Source: Candidatus Cloacimonadales bacterium
Lineage (GTDB): Bacteria > Cloacimonadota > Cloacimonadia > Cloacimonadales > JAFGVF01
NCBI GenBank assembly: GCA_963677495.2
Contig: CAXXOU010000004.1
Coordinates: 672,001-736,000 of the forward strand
Length of the DNA stretch: 64,000 bases
Reading direction: 5' to 3'
Shown here: positions 20,506 to 30,269 of the stretch, in pieces
Numbering within the stretch: position 1 is the stretch's first letter
Layout: each line of letters begins with the position of its first letter
Notes under the pieces: generated by a model
What the model was told of the DNA's origin: nothing
Database searches by the model: none
The model's input: the letters and a program-made list of their open reading frames with translations, nothing else
Made by a program: the position numbers and the translations under genes

Positions 20506-20958
20506 TCACACTATCAAATGACTAAATTCCTCATATCGCGGAACCATGGGGATTAATCCTGTTTCCACAGCTTCTTTAATTGTTTTAACCGGTAAATCAT
20601 TATCAAAAACCTCCTGTGGGGTGATTGTTTGCAAATCAATACCCGGTAACGCTTTCTTTAGCATATACATCAGTTTCATATTCATCGATGGACCGTTTAA
20701 TCTGGTCCCATGTCCCATTAGCATGACATTCAAACGATCTGCGTAATTGCGTAAATCGCAAAGATAATCAGGACTCAGGTCCTTGTAATACTGTGAAAGG
20801 TGACGAGTTGTGTTTCCGATGATTGTATTCTGCTCGGAATGTTTTGGAACTACATAGTCGCGTGCATAGCCTTTACCGGTAAACTTATCAACATAATAGA
20901 CAAGTTCGTCCAATTTCCCTGAAAAGGCACCAAACGGTTTCATAAGATTAACTTTCAT
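20506..20958 (-). CDS. Hypothetical protein (N-terminus FGAFSGKLDELVYY reminiscent of DUF6266-type proteins)
   Basis: 150-aa ORF with SD GGAG; family call from recollection only. Confidence 0.55.
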   Translation of the reverse strand: MKVNLMKPFGAFSGKLDELVYYVDKFTGKGYARDYVVPKHSEQNTIIGNTTRHLSQYYKDLSPDYLCDLRNYADRLNVMLMGHGTRLNGPSMNMKLMYMLKKALPGIDLQTITPQEVFDNDLPVKTIKEAVETGLIPMVPRYEEFSHLIV

Positions 20959-21259
20959 TCTGGATCTCCATCAGATTAAGTTAGTTAATTGGTTTTGAGA
21001 GAATGTGTTACACATCGTAGGGACATAGCACGCTATGTCCTTCGGAGTTTAACTCAATTCTTTAGATAGTATCACTATCCCTTACTACATTTTGTCTTCA
21101 AACGAGGATATAGCATGCTATATCTTGCATTAGAATCAATTATTTCTCTCAAGAAATATTTTCGACTACCAACATTTAATGAACGCACGTAAATAACCAT
21201 CCATGAGACAATTAACTACTAAACATGCCCCAAGTCAAGAAGAAACTTCCGACAAGCTA

Positions 21260-21288
21260 AAAGTTATCCACACAATGTGGATAACTTT
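21260..21288. promoter_or_regulatory. Inverted pair of perfect DnaA boxes forming a hairpin
   Basis: aaagTTATCCACA-caa-TGTGGATAActtt. Confidence 0.65.
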
Positions 21289-21290
21289 GG

Positions 21291-21410
21291 CCTTCGCCAA
21301 GGAGGGTCCTTGGTGGCTCCTTGGTGGTTCCAACCCGGTTCCATGTTTTTGATTGGGGGCGTGGATAGGGCAGAAAAATTGGAAAAAATTGGCGAGTAAC
21401 TGGCGACTAA
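21291..21410. repeat. 11-bp-period repeat tract
   Basis: tccttggtggc tccttggtggt tccaacccggt tcc...; aaaaattggaa aaaattggcga gtaactggcga. Confidence 0.6.
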
Positions 21411-21612
21411 TTCCGTTATGGCAGAATTAAGATTAAGTTAGATAGATAGATACTACTCCAAAAAATTACCCAATAATCGGGACAGAAAACATCTGCCACA
21501 TATAAATTGGTATATTCTCAGTCCAGAATGCTAATAAAGTACTTGACATCTATATTACTATGCAATGTTATTATGTTCTTGTTTTTTAGATGAAACAAGA
21601 AGGTGAATGTAA

Positions 21613-22836
21613 ATGAGTTATCGAAGATATAGGTACTATAATAATTACAGGTATTACAATTCTAGAAAGAAGACGTTTTATAAAGAGATTAATTTTGACT
21701 TTGAATCTGAACGAATTGTTTTGTCAGATTTTTATTTACATGAATTTATGCATGCTGGTGATGATTATTGGAAAAGAATTCAGAGTTGTTATTCAAACAT
21801 GTATGGAAATATTTCTCTGTCGTATGTTAAACGACAAAGGACTAGTTGGATGACAGGTAGCTTTCATTTAACAAGTCTTATGAAAGGTAAGATCTTGAAC
21901 GTCATGCCTCAATGTTTAAGTGACACAGCCAAGCATAAAATAAGAGTTAATAATTTTATATTCTGTATAAAGGATACTATTGAAAGATACAATAAGGGCA
22001 AGCCTAATCAATATAGTTATTTGAGAACACCTTCAAGAATAACGACAATAAATGAACTAAATGAGTACTTTTGCGACAATTATCGAAACATCGAAACTAT
22101 TTAAATTGTTAAACCAATGAATAGATTTAGTTCCGAAGAAGATCTAGAGGAAGCCTTAACGTCTTGTAAATACTTATTATCTCTTAGTGTTTCTCAGGCT
22201 TATTCGCAAATAGTTAGAGACATAACTCTTTTTAAAGGATATTTTTCTACGCTTGACGGTTTAATATCTACAGCAGTTTATACAACAAATGCTTTCAACG
22301 TTACAGTGGACTTTAGTATTTTTGATTTTGCCCTAAGTAATTTGGAATATGGATCTAAGATAGCAAAACCATCTTTTGCTAATGATAGTTTAGAGCTTGA
22401 TACAGACATTTCGAAGAAGTATTTTGCATATGAGTTATCAAACTTACATAATAAGTTGAATATTGCTAAGAGTAACTCTTTTTTAAATGAAAATGACCTT
22501 AATCTACTTGTTGAACAGGTTAGGATGCACAGAATAAACAAAAATAAAGTACATATTGATTCTAAATTTGTAGGTGAAGGCGGGGTTCTTAAAACGAGTA
22601 TTCATTTTCGACCCCTTCGCAATCTGATTACATTTATTTGTTTGGGAGTTTTATTGTTTTTACTTGTTGTAATTGCTCTATCATCAATAATTTTCTTGAC
22701 TACTATTGAAAAAGAGTTTGGAATACTCTGTGCTGAGATTGGTGTTATTGCACTTATATGTTACACTAATTTTTATCGTTTCAAAAGAACTATTTTTAAC
22801 ACATTTAAGGAGATTAAGTGGCATGCCAGACAATAA
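21613..22836 (+). pseudogene. AT-rich membrane protein gene interrupted by one in-frame TAA (22102-22104)
   Basis: ORFs 21613-22104 and 22117-22836 share a frame (act att TAA att gtt aaa cca ATG). Two C-terminal TM helices. Confidence 0.6.
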
Positions 22837-23206
22837 TCAGTTAACTAAGTTTGATAGCACAAGGATCATTGATATCATTGATAGAATCCCAAATTTGACA
22901 CAACAAGATAAACATGAACTATCTCAGAAGATTGCTTCTGAAGAAGTAGAAGTAAGGAACCGTGCTTTAGAAAAAATTGCAAAAAGTAGAATTGCTCAGC
23001 ATGATTTCTCGGTGATAATGAATGAACTGGCTGAAATGAAAAAACAAGGAATGTATGTGCACGCCACACAGCAAATGGAGACAGGATCCGGTCATTTTAG
23101 TATAAAAGTAAAAGGGGGAGATACAAAGTTGATAATACCAGTTTTGTTAATAATAGCTTTTATTATAATTGTCTCAGTAGTATTAATCATAGCTTTCAGT
23201 TCCTAA
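22823..23206 (+). CDS. Hypothetical protein, coiled-coil plus C-terminal TM helix
   Basis: SD AAGGAG, ATG 22823, overlaps the upstream gene, hydrophobic C-terminus. Confidence 0.7.
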   Translation: MPDNNQLTKFDSTRIIDIIDRIPNLTQQDKHELSQKIASEEVEVRNRALEKIAKSRIAQHDFSVIMNELAEMKKQGMYVHATQQMETGSGHFSIKVKGGDTKLIIPVLLIIAFIIIVSVVLIIAFSS

Positions 23207-23297
23207 ATGTATCCAAGTTGTTTATTGTAGATAAATAAAGCATCGTGTTATTCTCGCTTCCTTTCCGAGTATGACACAGGTTTTCGGAGTTGTATCT

Positions 23298-23832
23298 AAC
23301 CCTGGAAGGGTTACCTTTGAGTAGCCCCGAATGCAATTCGGGGTTCATAGACAGTAATCTAAATCAACCCCGAAGTGGGTTGAATATGCTTATAATAGGG
23401 TGTAATTATAGTATATTCGACCCCGTTGGGGTCGTGGATGTTCGGTAGGCTTGATACCATGCATTGCATACATGGCTACTCACATTTTATCCCTTTGGGA
23501 TAATGTCTTGCAATCCTAAAGCTTTATTAGGAAGTCCGTTCTCCCGTTGGTCGCGACAAACTCCCTAAAACGGGATTGTATTATATCCTAAAAGGATAAC
23601 CCAATGTTAGCCATGGTGCTTTAGCCCATGGATAGGAATAGAAAACCGATCCGACCCTGAAGGGGTCGACCATTCAAAATATTTCTTGTTACATTTTACA
23701 TTGGTATCTTCAAACATTTGTTGCTATCACCCAATATTGTAATGGGCAACCCTGTCAGGGTTGATTCTTAGAAGGGTATTTTCCCATAGGTTGAAACCTA
23801 TGGCTAACAATGGGTAACCCTTTTAGGGTTCA
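23298..23832. repeat. Cluster of two REPIN-like inverted doublets of triple-hairpin REP units
   Basis: 23298-23388 is inverted to 23413-23503, and 23584-23675 to 23742-23831. Same architecture as the RAYT flanks. Confidence 0.75.
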
Positions 23833-23835
23833 ATT

Positions 23836-23865
23836 AAAAAAGAGTGCCTTTTACGGCACTCTTTC
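23836..23865 (-). terminator. Intrinsic terminator after gcvPB
   Basis: aaaaaagagtgcc-tttta-cggcactcttt (U-run on the minus strand). Confidence 0.8.
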
Positions 23866-23887
23866 AATATATATACAATACTCTGAG

Positions 23888-25348
23888 TTAATCTTCAGGT
23901 ACGTATCTTACGTTAAGTTTTCTGGCAGCAAGCACATCATCAACACGTCTAACAGGGGTTGAGATTGGTGCATGGTGCAAGAGATCAGCATCAGTTTCGC
24001 ACTCTTTAGCAATCTTAATCATTACATCTACAAACTCATCGAGTGTCTCTTTACTCTCAGTTTCTGTAGGTTCAATCATCATAGCTTCTTTGATGATAAG
24101 CGGGAAGTATACTGTTGGAGCATGCATACCATTATCGAGAAGTCTCTTTGCGATATCGAGAGTAATAACGCCATACTTCTCTTTCTGCCAGGTAGCATCA
24201 GCAACAAACTCATGCATACAATATGTATCTTTATACTGGATATTGTAATATGGTGCGAGTCTTGCTTGGAGATAGTTTGCATTAAGAACAGCATTCTCAC
24301 CGGCAGCTCTGATACCTTGAGCACCAAGCATTTTGATATAGACAAAAGCTCTTACATTCACAGCAAAGTTACCAAAGAAAGTATGCACTTTACCGATAGA
24401 AGTTTCCTGATGTCTGTAATCAAGGTAATAAGTGCCATCTTCTCTTTGATCCACCATTGGAACTGGAAGGTAAGGAAGAAGTGTTTCAACCACACCAACA
24501 GGACCTGAACCGGGGCCACCACCACCGTGTGGGGTAGAGAAGGTCTTATGAAGGTTGAAATGAAGGACATCAAATCCAATCTTACCGGGTTGTACGATTC
24601 CAAGAAGAGCGTTAAGGTTAGCACCATCCATGTACATGAGACCATCAACGCTATGGATGATCTCAGCAATCTCCTCAACTCTGCCTTCGAAAAGACCGAG
24701 TGTATTTGGATTAGTAAGCATGAAACCCGCAGTATTCTCATCAACAAGCTCTCTAAGGTGCTCGATGTCAACTTTACCATGTTCATTAGAAGCTAATTCA
24801 ACAACTTTGAAACCTGCAAGACTGCAACTGGCAGGATTAGTACCATGTGCAGAATCAGGCATAATAATAGTGTCTTTATGTGTATTACCTTTTGCTTTGT
24901 GATAAGCAGCGATAAGTTTTAAACCAACGAATTCACCTTGAGCACCGGCAACAGGCTGTAATGTAACATTTGCCATACCGGAAATCTCTGCTAAATCGCT
25001 CTGAAGCTCATGCATTATCTCTAATGCACCCTGTACTGATTCTTCAGGTTGGTAAGGATGTACATTACCTAGTCCTGAGTTACGTACAGCAACTTCATTA
25101 ACTTTCGGGTTGTACTTCATAGTACATGAACCGAGTGGATAGAAACCTTTATCAACTGAGTGATTCTTATGAGCTAAGTCAAGGAAATGACGCATTGCAT
25201 CAAGTTCACTAACTTCCGGAAGCTCAGCTGACTCTTTTCTTTTAAATCTATCCGGGAGAATACTATCTAATTTTACATCAATATCATTTTTAGGAAGTGT
25301 GTATCCTTTGCGTCCTGCACGGCTATTTTCAAAGATAGTCTTAGACAT
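23888..25348 (-). CDS. gcvPB: Glycine dehydrogenase (decarboxylating) subunit 2
   Basis: PLGSCTMKYNP, SAHGTNPAS, NLHKTFSTPHGGGGPG, IEPTETESK. Confidence 0.97.
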   Translation of the reverse strand: MSKTIFENSRAGRKGYTLPKNDIDVKLDSILPDRFKRKESAELPEVSELDAMRHFLDLAHKNHSVDKGFYPLGSCTMKYNPKVNEVAVRNSGLGNVHPYQPEESVQGALEIMHELQSDLAEISGMANVTLQPVAGAQGEFVGLKLIAAYHKAKGNTHKDTIIMPDSAHGTNPASCSLAGFKVVELASNEHGKVDIEHLRELVDENTAGFMLTNPNTLGLFEGRVEEIAEIIHSVDGLMYMDGANLNALLGIVQPGKIGFDVLHFNLHKTFSTPHGGGGPGSGPVGVVETLLPYLPVPMVDQREDGTYYLDYRHQETSIGKVHTFFGNFAVNVRAFVYIKMLGAQGIRAAGENAVLNANYLQARLAPYYNIQYKDTYCMHEFVADATWQKEKYGVITLDIAKRLLDNGMHAPTVYFPLIIKEAMMIEPTETESKETLDEFVDVMIKIAKECETDADLLHHAPISTPVRRVDDVLAARKLNVRYVPED

Positions 25349-26691
25349 TATTTTACCTCCTGAATAGCTTTCACAAGGGCATCCATTTGAGCCTTTGTTT
25401 TCTTCTCAGTAACTGCAACCATCAACTGATTTGCATCACCGTATGGTGCCATATCGATACCGGCATAGATACTCTGTCTTGCCAGTGTATGAACAATCTT
25501 GTCAGCAGGTACAGGTGTGTTTATTACAAACTCTCTGAAGAATGTTGAGTTTGGATAAGCAAGACTGAATCCATCAAGCTTTGCTAACTCATCAGCAAGG
25601 TAGTGTGCCTTAGTCATGGCAAGTGTAGCAACTTCTTTAAGTCCCTCTTTACCCATTAATGTCATATATACAGTTGCAGCCAACACGCAGAGTGACTGGT
25701 TAGAGCAGATGTTCGATGTTGCTTTTTGACGCTTGATATGTTGTTCTCTAGCCTGAAGAGTTAAGCTATAAGCTTTCTTTCCATCAGCATCAAGCGTAGC
25801 ACCAACGATTCTACCCGGCATTGTTCTTGCATTTTTAATACTGTTTGTAGCGAAGAAACCAAAGAGTGGTCCACCGTAGTTTACAGCATTACCGAGAACC
25901 TGACCTTCACCAACAACGATATCAGCGTTATACTCAGCAGGTGAGTTTAGAATTGATAGACTGATTGGGTCAGCAGAAACAATGTACATTGTTTTTGGAT
26001 TTGAATGAGCAATCTCTTCAACTGCGAAAGCATCTTCAAGGTTTCCGAAGAAGTTAGGAGTTTGAAGAATGACACAAGCTGTTGCTTTATCAGTTTTAGC
26101 TTTTATATCATCAAGATCAACCAAGCCGCCTTTTGTCTCAGCGTATACTATTTCAGTTCCAATACCTTCGGTATAAACTTTTATTACTTCTTTATAGTTA
26201 GGATGGATTGTACCGGCAATAACTGCTTTATTAAGACGAGTCTTGCGAACAGCCATAAGGATAGCTTCAGCTATAGCAGTTGCTGCATCATACATAGATG
26301 CGTTGGCAACTTCCATTCCTGTAAGGTTACAAATCATTGTCTGATATTCGTAGATATACTGCAAAGTACCTTGGCTAACTTCAGCCTGATAAGGAGTATA
26401 AGCAGTAAAGAAATCAGGTTTAGATACTACAGAATCTACTGCAGCAGGGATAAAGTGATCATAAACTCCACCACCGAGGAATGAGTTTGCACCAAATGAA
26501 CAGGTGTTCTTGTTAGAAAGGACGTTAATTCGGTTGAGAATCTCAAGTTCTGAAACAGGGTCTCCCAGGTTCAGAAGCTCTTTTAATACGAACTTTTCAG
26601 GAATTGGGGAGAGCAGCTCTTCAAACTTCTCTACACCAATCGCTTTTAACATTTCCTGACGATCTTTGTCAGTATTGGAAATATACGGCAT
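25348..26691 (-). CDS. gcvPA: Glycine dehydrogenase (decarboxylating) subunit 1
   Basis: TAYTPYQAEVSQG, NASMYD, LQAREQHIKRQKATSNICSNQ. Confidence 0.97.
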   Translation of the reverse strand: MPYISNTDKDRQEMLKAIGVEKFEELLSPIPEKFVLKELLNLGDPVSELEILNRINVLSNKNTCSFGANSFLGGGVYDHFIPAAVDSVVSKPDFFTAYTPYQAEVSQGTLQYIYEYQTMICNLTGMEVANASMYDAATAIAEAILMAVRKTRLNKAVIAGTIHPNYKEVIKVYTEGIGTEIVYAETKGGLVDLDDIKAKTDKATACVILQTPNFFGNLEDAFAVEEIAHSNPKTMYIVSADPISLSILNSPAEYNADIVVGEGQVLGNAVNYGGPLFGFFATNSIKNARTMPGRIVGATLDADGKKAYSLTLQAREQHIKRQKATSNICSNQSLCVLAATVYMTLMGKEGLKEVATLAMTKAHYLADELAKLDGFSLAYPNSTFFREFVINTPVPADKIVHTLARQSIYAGIDMAPYGDANQLMVAVTEKKTKAQMDALVKAIQEVK

Positions 26692-26982
26692 ACATATCTC
26701 CTTTTAGTTTATTATTTTGCCTGCATTGATTGTAAATATATAATTTTGTCAATAATAAAGACAAAAGCTAAGTTATCAATCTTGCAACTACATGATAATC
26801 AGTTTGATATGATTTCATAATGGTTTCCACTTTTTCGACGCAAAACTTTTATATTGTGATTTATTTAACGATTCCCTGTTTTCTTTATCTTAATTTGTAA
26901 GGAATGCAGTTTTCAGTAAGTGGGTATCGCTCAAATTATTATTGACAAATTAACATATGAGAATTTCCTCATTCTCACATGC

Positions 26983-27074
26983 GGAGAAGTGTCCGAGCTG
27001 GCCGAAGGAGCACGGTTGGAAACCGTGTGTACGTCACAAGCGTACCTAGGGTTCGAATCCCTACTTCTCCGCCA
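26983..27074 (+). tRNA. tRNA-Ser(GGA)
   Basis: Acceptor stem GGAGAAG/CTTCTCC, anticodon arm cacgg-ttGGAaa-ccgtg, long variable arm, GGTTCGAATCC, 3' GCCA. Confidence 0.97.
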
Positions 27075-27271
27075 TCATTATATCTGCTTAGTTGTACTAT
27101 CCCCACGTAACTCAGCAGAAATACAGTACCTTTAGAATGGTCCCTAGACCTTCTAAATGGTACTCTTGTTATATGTCAATGGCAGTGAGAAATGGTACAC
27201 GATGGCAGTGAAAAGTGGTACAAAACTGCCAACCTTTAAAAATGACTACTTCAAGACAGTTTGGAGTAGGT

Positions 27272-28747
27272 ATGATTGGAGTAGAAGTGTATCATTCAAT
27301 AAAAACTATGCATAAGCAAGGGCATAGTCAGCGTAAGATCGCAGAGGAGTTGTCTCTATCAAAGACAACAGTAGGTAAATACATAAATATGACACTTGAT
27401 GAGTTCATGGAACTAATAAACAATAGCATTCGTGAAAGCAGTTTTGCCATATGTGAGCAATATGTCCGCGAAAGGCTTAGCAAATATCCACGATTAAGAG
27501 CTAGTGTACTATATTTAGAAGTTAAGAAAAAGTTCCCTGAGATAAAAGCAAAAGACAGAGCTTTCCGAGATTTTGTTCGTAAGCTAAAGCAGACTTATCC
27601 TGTCGATAAATACCGTAATTATGCAGTAATCGAGACGGCTCCCGGTGTTCAGGTTCAAGTTGATCCAGGTGAGATGAAAGTAGTTTTGGGTAATAAACGT
27701 CAAAGAGTTTATTTTATAGTTTTTGTGCTTTCCCACTCGCGTCAAAGCTATGTCCATTGGAGCACAACACCATATAACACATCAAGGTTTATTGAAGCTC
27801 ATCGTGAAGCTTTTATCTATTTTGAAGGTATCCCTTCAGAGTGTGTTTACGACCAGACAAAGCTTGTAGTAATACAGGAACGCTATCGGGAAGTAATCTT
27901 AAATAATCAGTTCCATCAGTTTGCAGCAAAAACGGGCTTTCATCCTCATGTATGCGAAGGCTATGATCCACAAAGCAAGGGTAAAGTAGAGCGTAATGTC
28001 TCAGAAGTAAAGCATGGCTTTATGTATGGCAAAGAGTTCAAAGACCTGGCAGACCTGCGTTCACGCGGACTTGAGTGGCTTTTACACTTTAACGGCAGAA
28101 CCCATGGCACAACCCGTAAAGTACCATCAGAAGTATGGCAAGAAGAGAGGTTAAAGCTAAAAGATATTCCAGAGTTTATCTTCACTTTAGAAGTTCGTAA
28201 TGCAGATAAAACAGGCTTAATCTCGTATGAGGGTAATAAGTACTCTGTTCCATTAGAGTATCAGCGAAAACAGGTATATGTGCAAAAAGAAAAGAGCACT
28301 TTAGTGGTGATGGATATTTATACAAGAAAGGAAATCTGCCAACATGAGCTATGCACAGAAAAAGGCAAAATCATCAAAAACACTAATCATTATCGGGATT
28401 TTACGGTAGTGCTACAAGAGCTTATTGAGCGAGTAAAGGATGAGATGAGTGAATATATCCAAGGAGAAGAACTAATCCAGAGGCTTGTTAATGATAACCC
28501 TAAAATAGCAAGGGATCAGTTGAGAGCCTTAAGCAAGTTTAAGCGTAACTATGAAACAGATGTATGGGAGTCAGTGCTTCCTGAGGTAATGACTCTTTCG
28601 CATGTAAAGGCAACAGCCATAGAGAAGCTTCTGAATGCAAAAGTAAGACAAATGAAGCTAAATGAATTATCAGAATCAGAACCACAACAAGACTCAGAGA
28701 GTTCATTAATAGAGCGCTCATTAGATGACTACATGAAGGTGTTATAA
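27272..28747 (+). CDS. istA: IS21 transposase
   Basis: N-terminal HTH, ETAPGVQVQVD, DQTK, KGKVER, NGRTHGTT, YSVP. Confidence 0.95.
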   Translation: MIGVEVYHSIKTMHKQGHSQRKIAEELSLSKTTVGKYINMTLDEFMELINNSIRESSFAICEQYVRERLSKYPRLRASVLYLEVKKKFPEIKAKDRAFRDFVRKLKQTYPVDKYRNYAVIETAPGVQVQVDPGEMKVVLGNKRQRVYFIVFVLSHSRQSYVHWSTTPYNTSRFIEAHREAFIYFEGIPSECVYDQTKLVVIQERYREVILNNQFHQFAAKTGFHPHVCEGYDPQSKGKVERNVSEVKHGFMYGKEFKDLADLRSRGLEWLLHFNGRTHGTTRKVPSEVWQEERLKLKDIPEFIFTLEVRNADKTGLISYEGNKYSVPLEYQRKQVYVQKEKSTLVVMDIYTRKEICQHELCTEKGKIIKNTNHYRDFTVVLQELIERVKDEMSEYIQGEELIQRLVNDNPKIARDQLRALSKFKRNYETDVWESVLPEVMTLSHVKATAIEKLLNAKVRQMKLNELSESEPQQDSESSLIERSLDDYMKVL

Positions 28748-28748
28748 G

Positions 28749-29480
28749 ATGATAGAGATAACTAAAACATACATCAAAAGGGCTCGTTGTACTCATATTT
28801 TGAATACTCTTGAAAGTGCAGTTTTAGAAGCAGAGAAACAGAATATGACTTATCTGGAGTTCGTACATTATCTATTTGAAAAAGAGAACTCAGGAAGGAA
28901 TCAAACCAATATCAACAGAAGACTTAAACAGGCTCACATCCCGGTAATAAAGACCTTTGATGAGTTCGACTATGCTTATCAACAAGTAATAACCAAAAGA
29001 CAAGTAAAGGAGTGGAAGAACTTTGTCTGGCTGGAGCAGAGGAGGAATATAATTTTAATGGGACCTCCGGGAGTAGGTAAGACTCATGTTGCAACAGCAC
29101 TCAGTTATGAAGCAATAAAGGCAGGATATAAGGTGGTGTTTTATAATCTGAACAACCTTATCGAAGAACTTGTACTAGCTGAAGCAGATAACAACATAGA
29201 TAAATATCTAAGCAATATAGCCAAGAATGATCTGATAGTTATAGATGAGATGGGGTATCTTCCTCTCCAGACAAAGGCAGCTAATCTGTTCTTTAGACTC
29301 ATCCATCTCTTATACGAATTTAGATCAGTAATCATAACATCGAATAGGTTGTTTAATGAATGGGGAGCTATTTTTAACGACAATGTGATAGCAACTGCTA
29401 TTCTTGATAGATTACTCCATCACTCACAACCAATTACAATGCTCGGAGACAGCTTTAGACTAAGGAATTTTCAAAAATGA
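28749..29480 (+). CDS. istB: IS21 helper ATPase
   Basis: GPPGVGKTH, IDEMGY, IITSN, AILDRLLHH. Confidence 0.96.
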   Translation: MIEITKTYIKRARCTHILNTLESAVLEAEKQNMTYLEFVHYLFEKENSGRNQTNINRRLKQAHIPVIKTFDEFDYAYQQVITKRQVKEWKNFVWLEQRRNIILMGPPGVGKTHVATALSYEAIKAGYKVVFYNLNNLIEELVLAEADNNIDKYLSNIAKNDLIVIDEMGYLPLQTKAANLFFRLIHLLYEFRSVIITSNRLFNEWGAIFNDNVIATAILDRLLHHSQPITMLGDSFRLRNFQK

Positions 29481-29533
29481 AGACTGTACCATTTTTAAAT
29501 GCCAAACTGTACCAATTTAAAATGCCATTGACA

Positions 29534-30268
29534 TGTTATATTCCCCTCTCATAGGGGGTACCGTTTTTGGTAACGGTGGGGTGCATTCGAGTTGCACTAT
29601 TTGCAAGGTCTCGCACACTCAACCATTCCAAAGGTTCAGTTACGTAACTCAGCTTCACATGTACAACGACGTTGCACGTCGTTCCCACCTAATTCAGCAA
29701 CAGTACCTTTAGAATGGTCCCAAGACCTTCTAAATGGTACTCTTGTTATATTCCCCTCTCATAGGGGGTACCGTTTTTTGTAACGATGGGGTGTTTCTTC
29801 GAGTTGCACCATTTGCAAGGTCTCGCACACTCAACCATTCCAAAGGTTCAGTTACGTAACTCAGCTTCACATGTTGTACAACGACGTTGCACGTTAACTC
29901 AGCAACAGTACCTTTAGAATGGTCCCTAGACCTTCTAAATGGTACTCTTGTTATATTCCCCTCTCATAGGGGGTACCGTTTTTGGTAACGATGGGGTGTT
30001 TCTTCGAGTTGCACCATTTGCAAGGTCTCGCACACTCAACCATTCCAAAGGTTCAGTTACGTAACTCAGCTTCACATGTACAACGACGTTGCACGTCGTT
30101 CCCACCTAATTCAGCAACAGTACCTTTAGAATGGTCCCAAGACCTTCTAAATGGTACTCTTGTTATATTCCCCTCTCATAGGGGGTACCGTTTTTGGAAA
30201 CGGTGGGGTGTTCCCCTTCGAGTTGCACCATTTGCAAGGTCTCGCACACTCAACCATTCCAAAGGTAC
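29534..30268. repeat. BIME-like tandem array of ~205-212-bp composite units (begins at about 27100, interrupted by IS21)
   Basis: cagtacctttagaatggtccc..gaccttctaaatgg recurs at about 27125, 29701, 29906, 30118 and 32813. Each unit holds several palindromes. Confidence 0.9.
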
Positions 30269-30269
30269 A

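Larger units (their letters stand above)
27174..29533 (+). mobile_element. IS21-family insertion sequence, copy 1 (2360 bp)
   Basis: Ends TGTCAATGGCA...TGCCATTGACA with repeated subterminal motifs; 7-bp target duplication TGTTATA (27167-27173 / 29534-29540). Confidence 0.95.

Noticed and set aside
21260..21288. Chromosomal oriC
   Set aside because: Only two boxes were seen, and no dnaA, dnaN or gidA neighbours.
26983..27173. tRNA-Ser-integrated genomic island
   Set aside because: No integrase and no duplicated tRNA 3' end were seen in the window.
29534..30268. CRISPR array or repeat-encoded proteins (ORFs 29592-29783, 29982-30362)
   Set aside because: The ~210-bp units have no spacers, and the ORFs are chance read-throughs of palindromic repeats without an SD.
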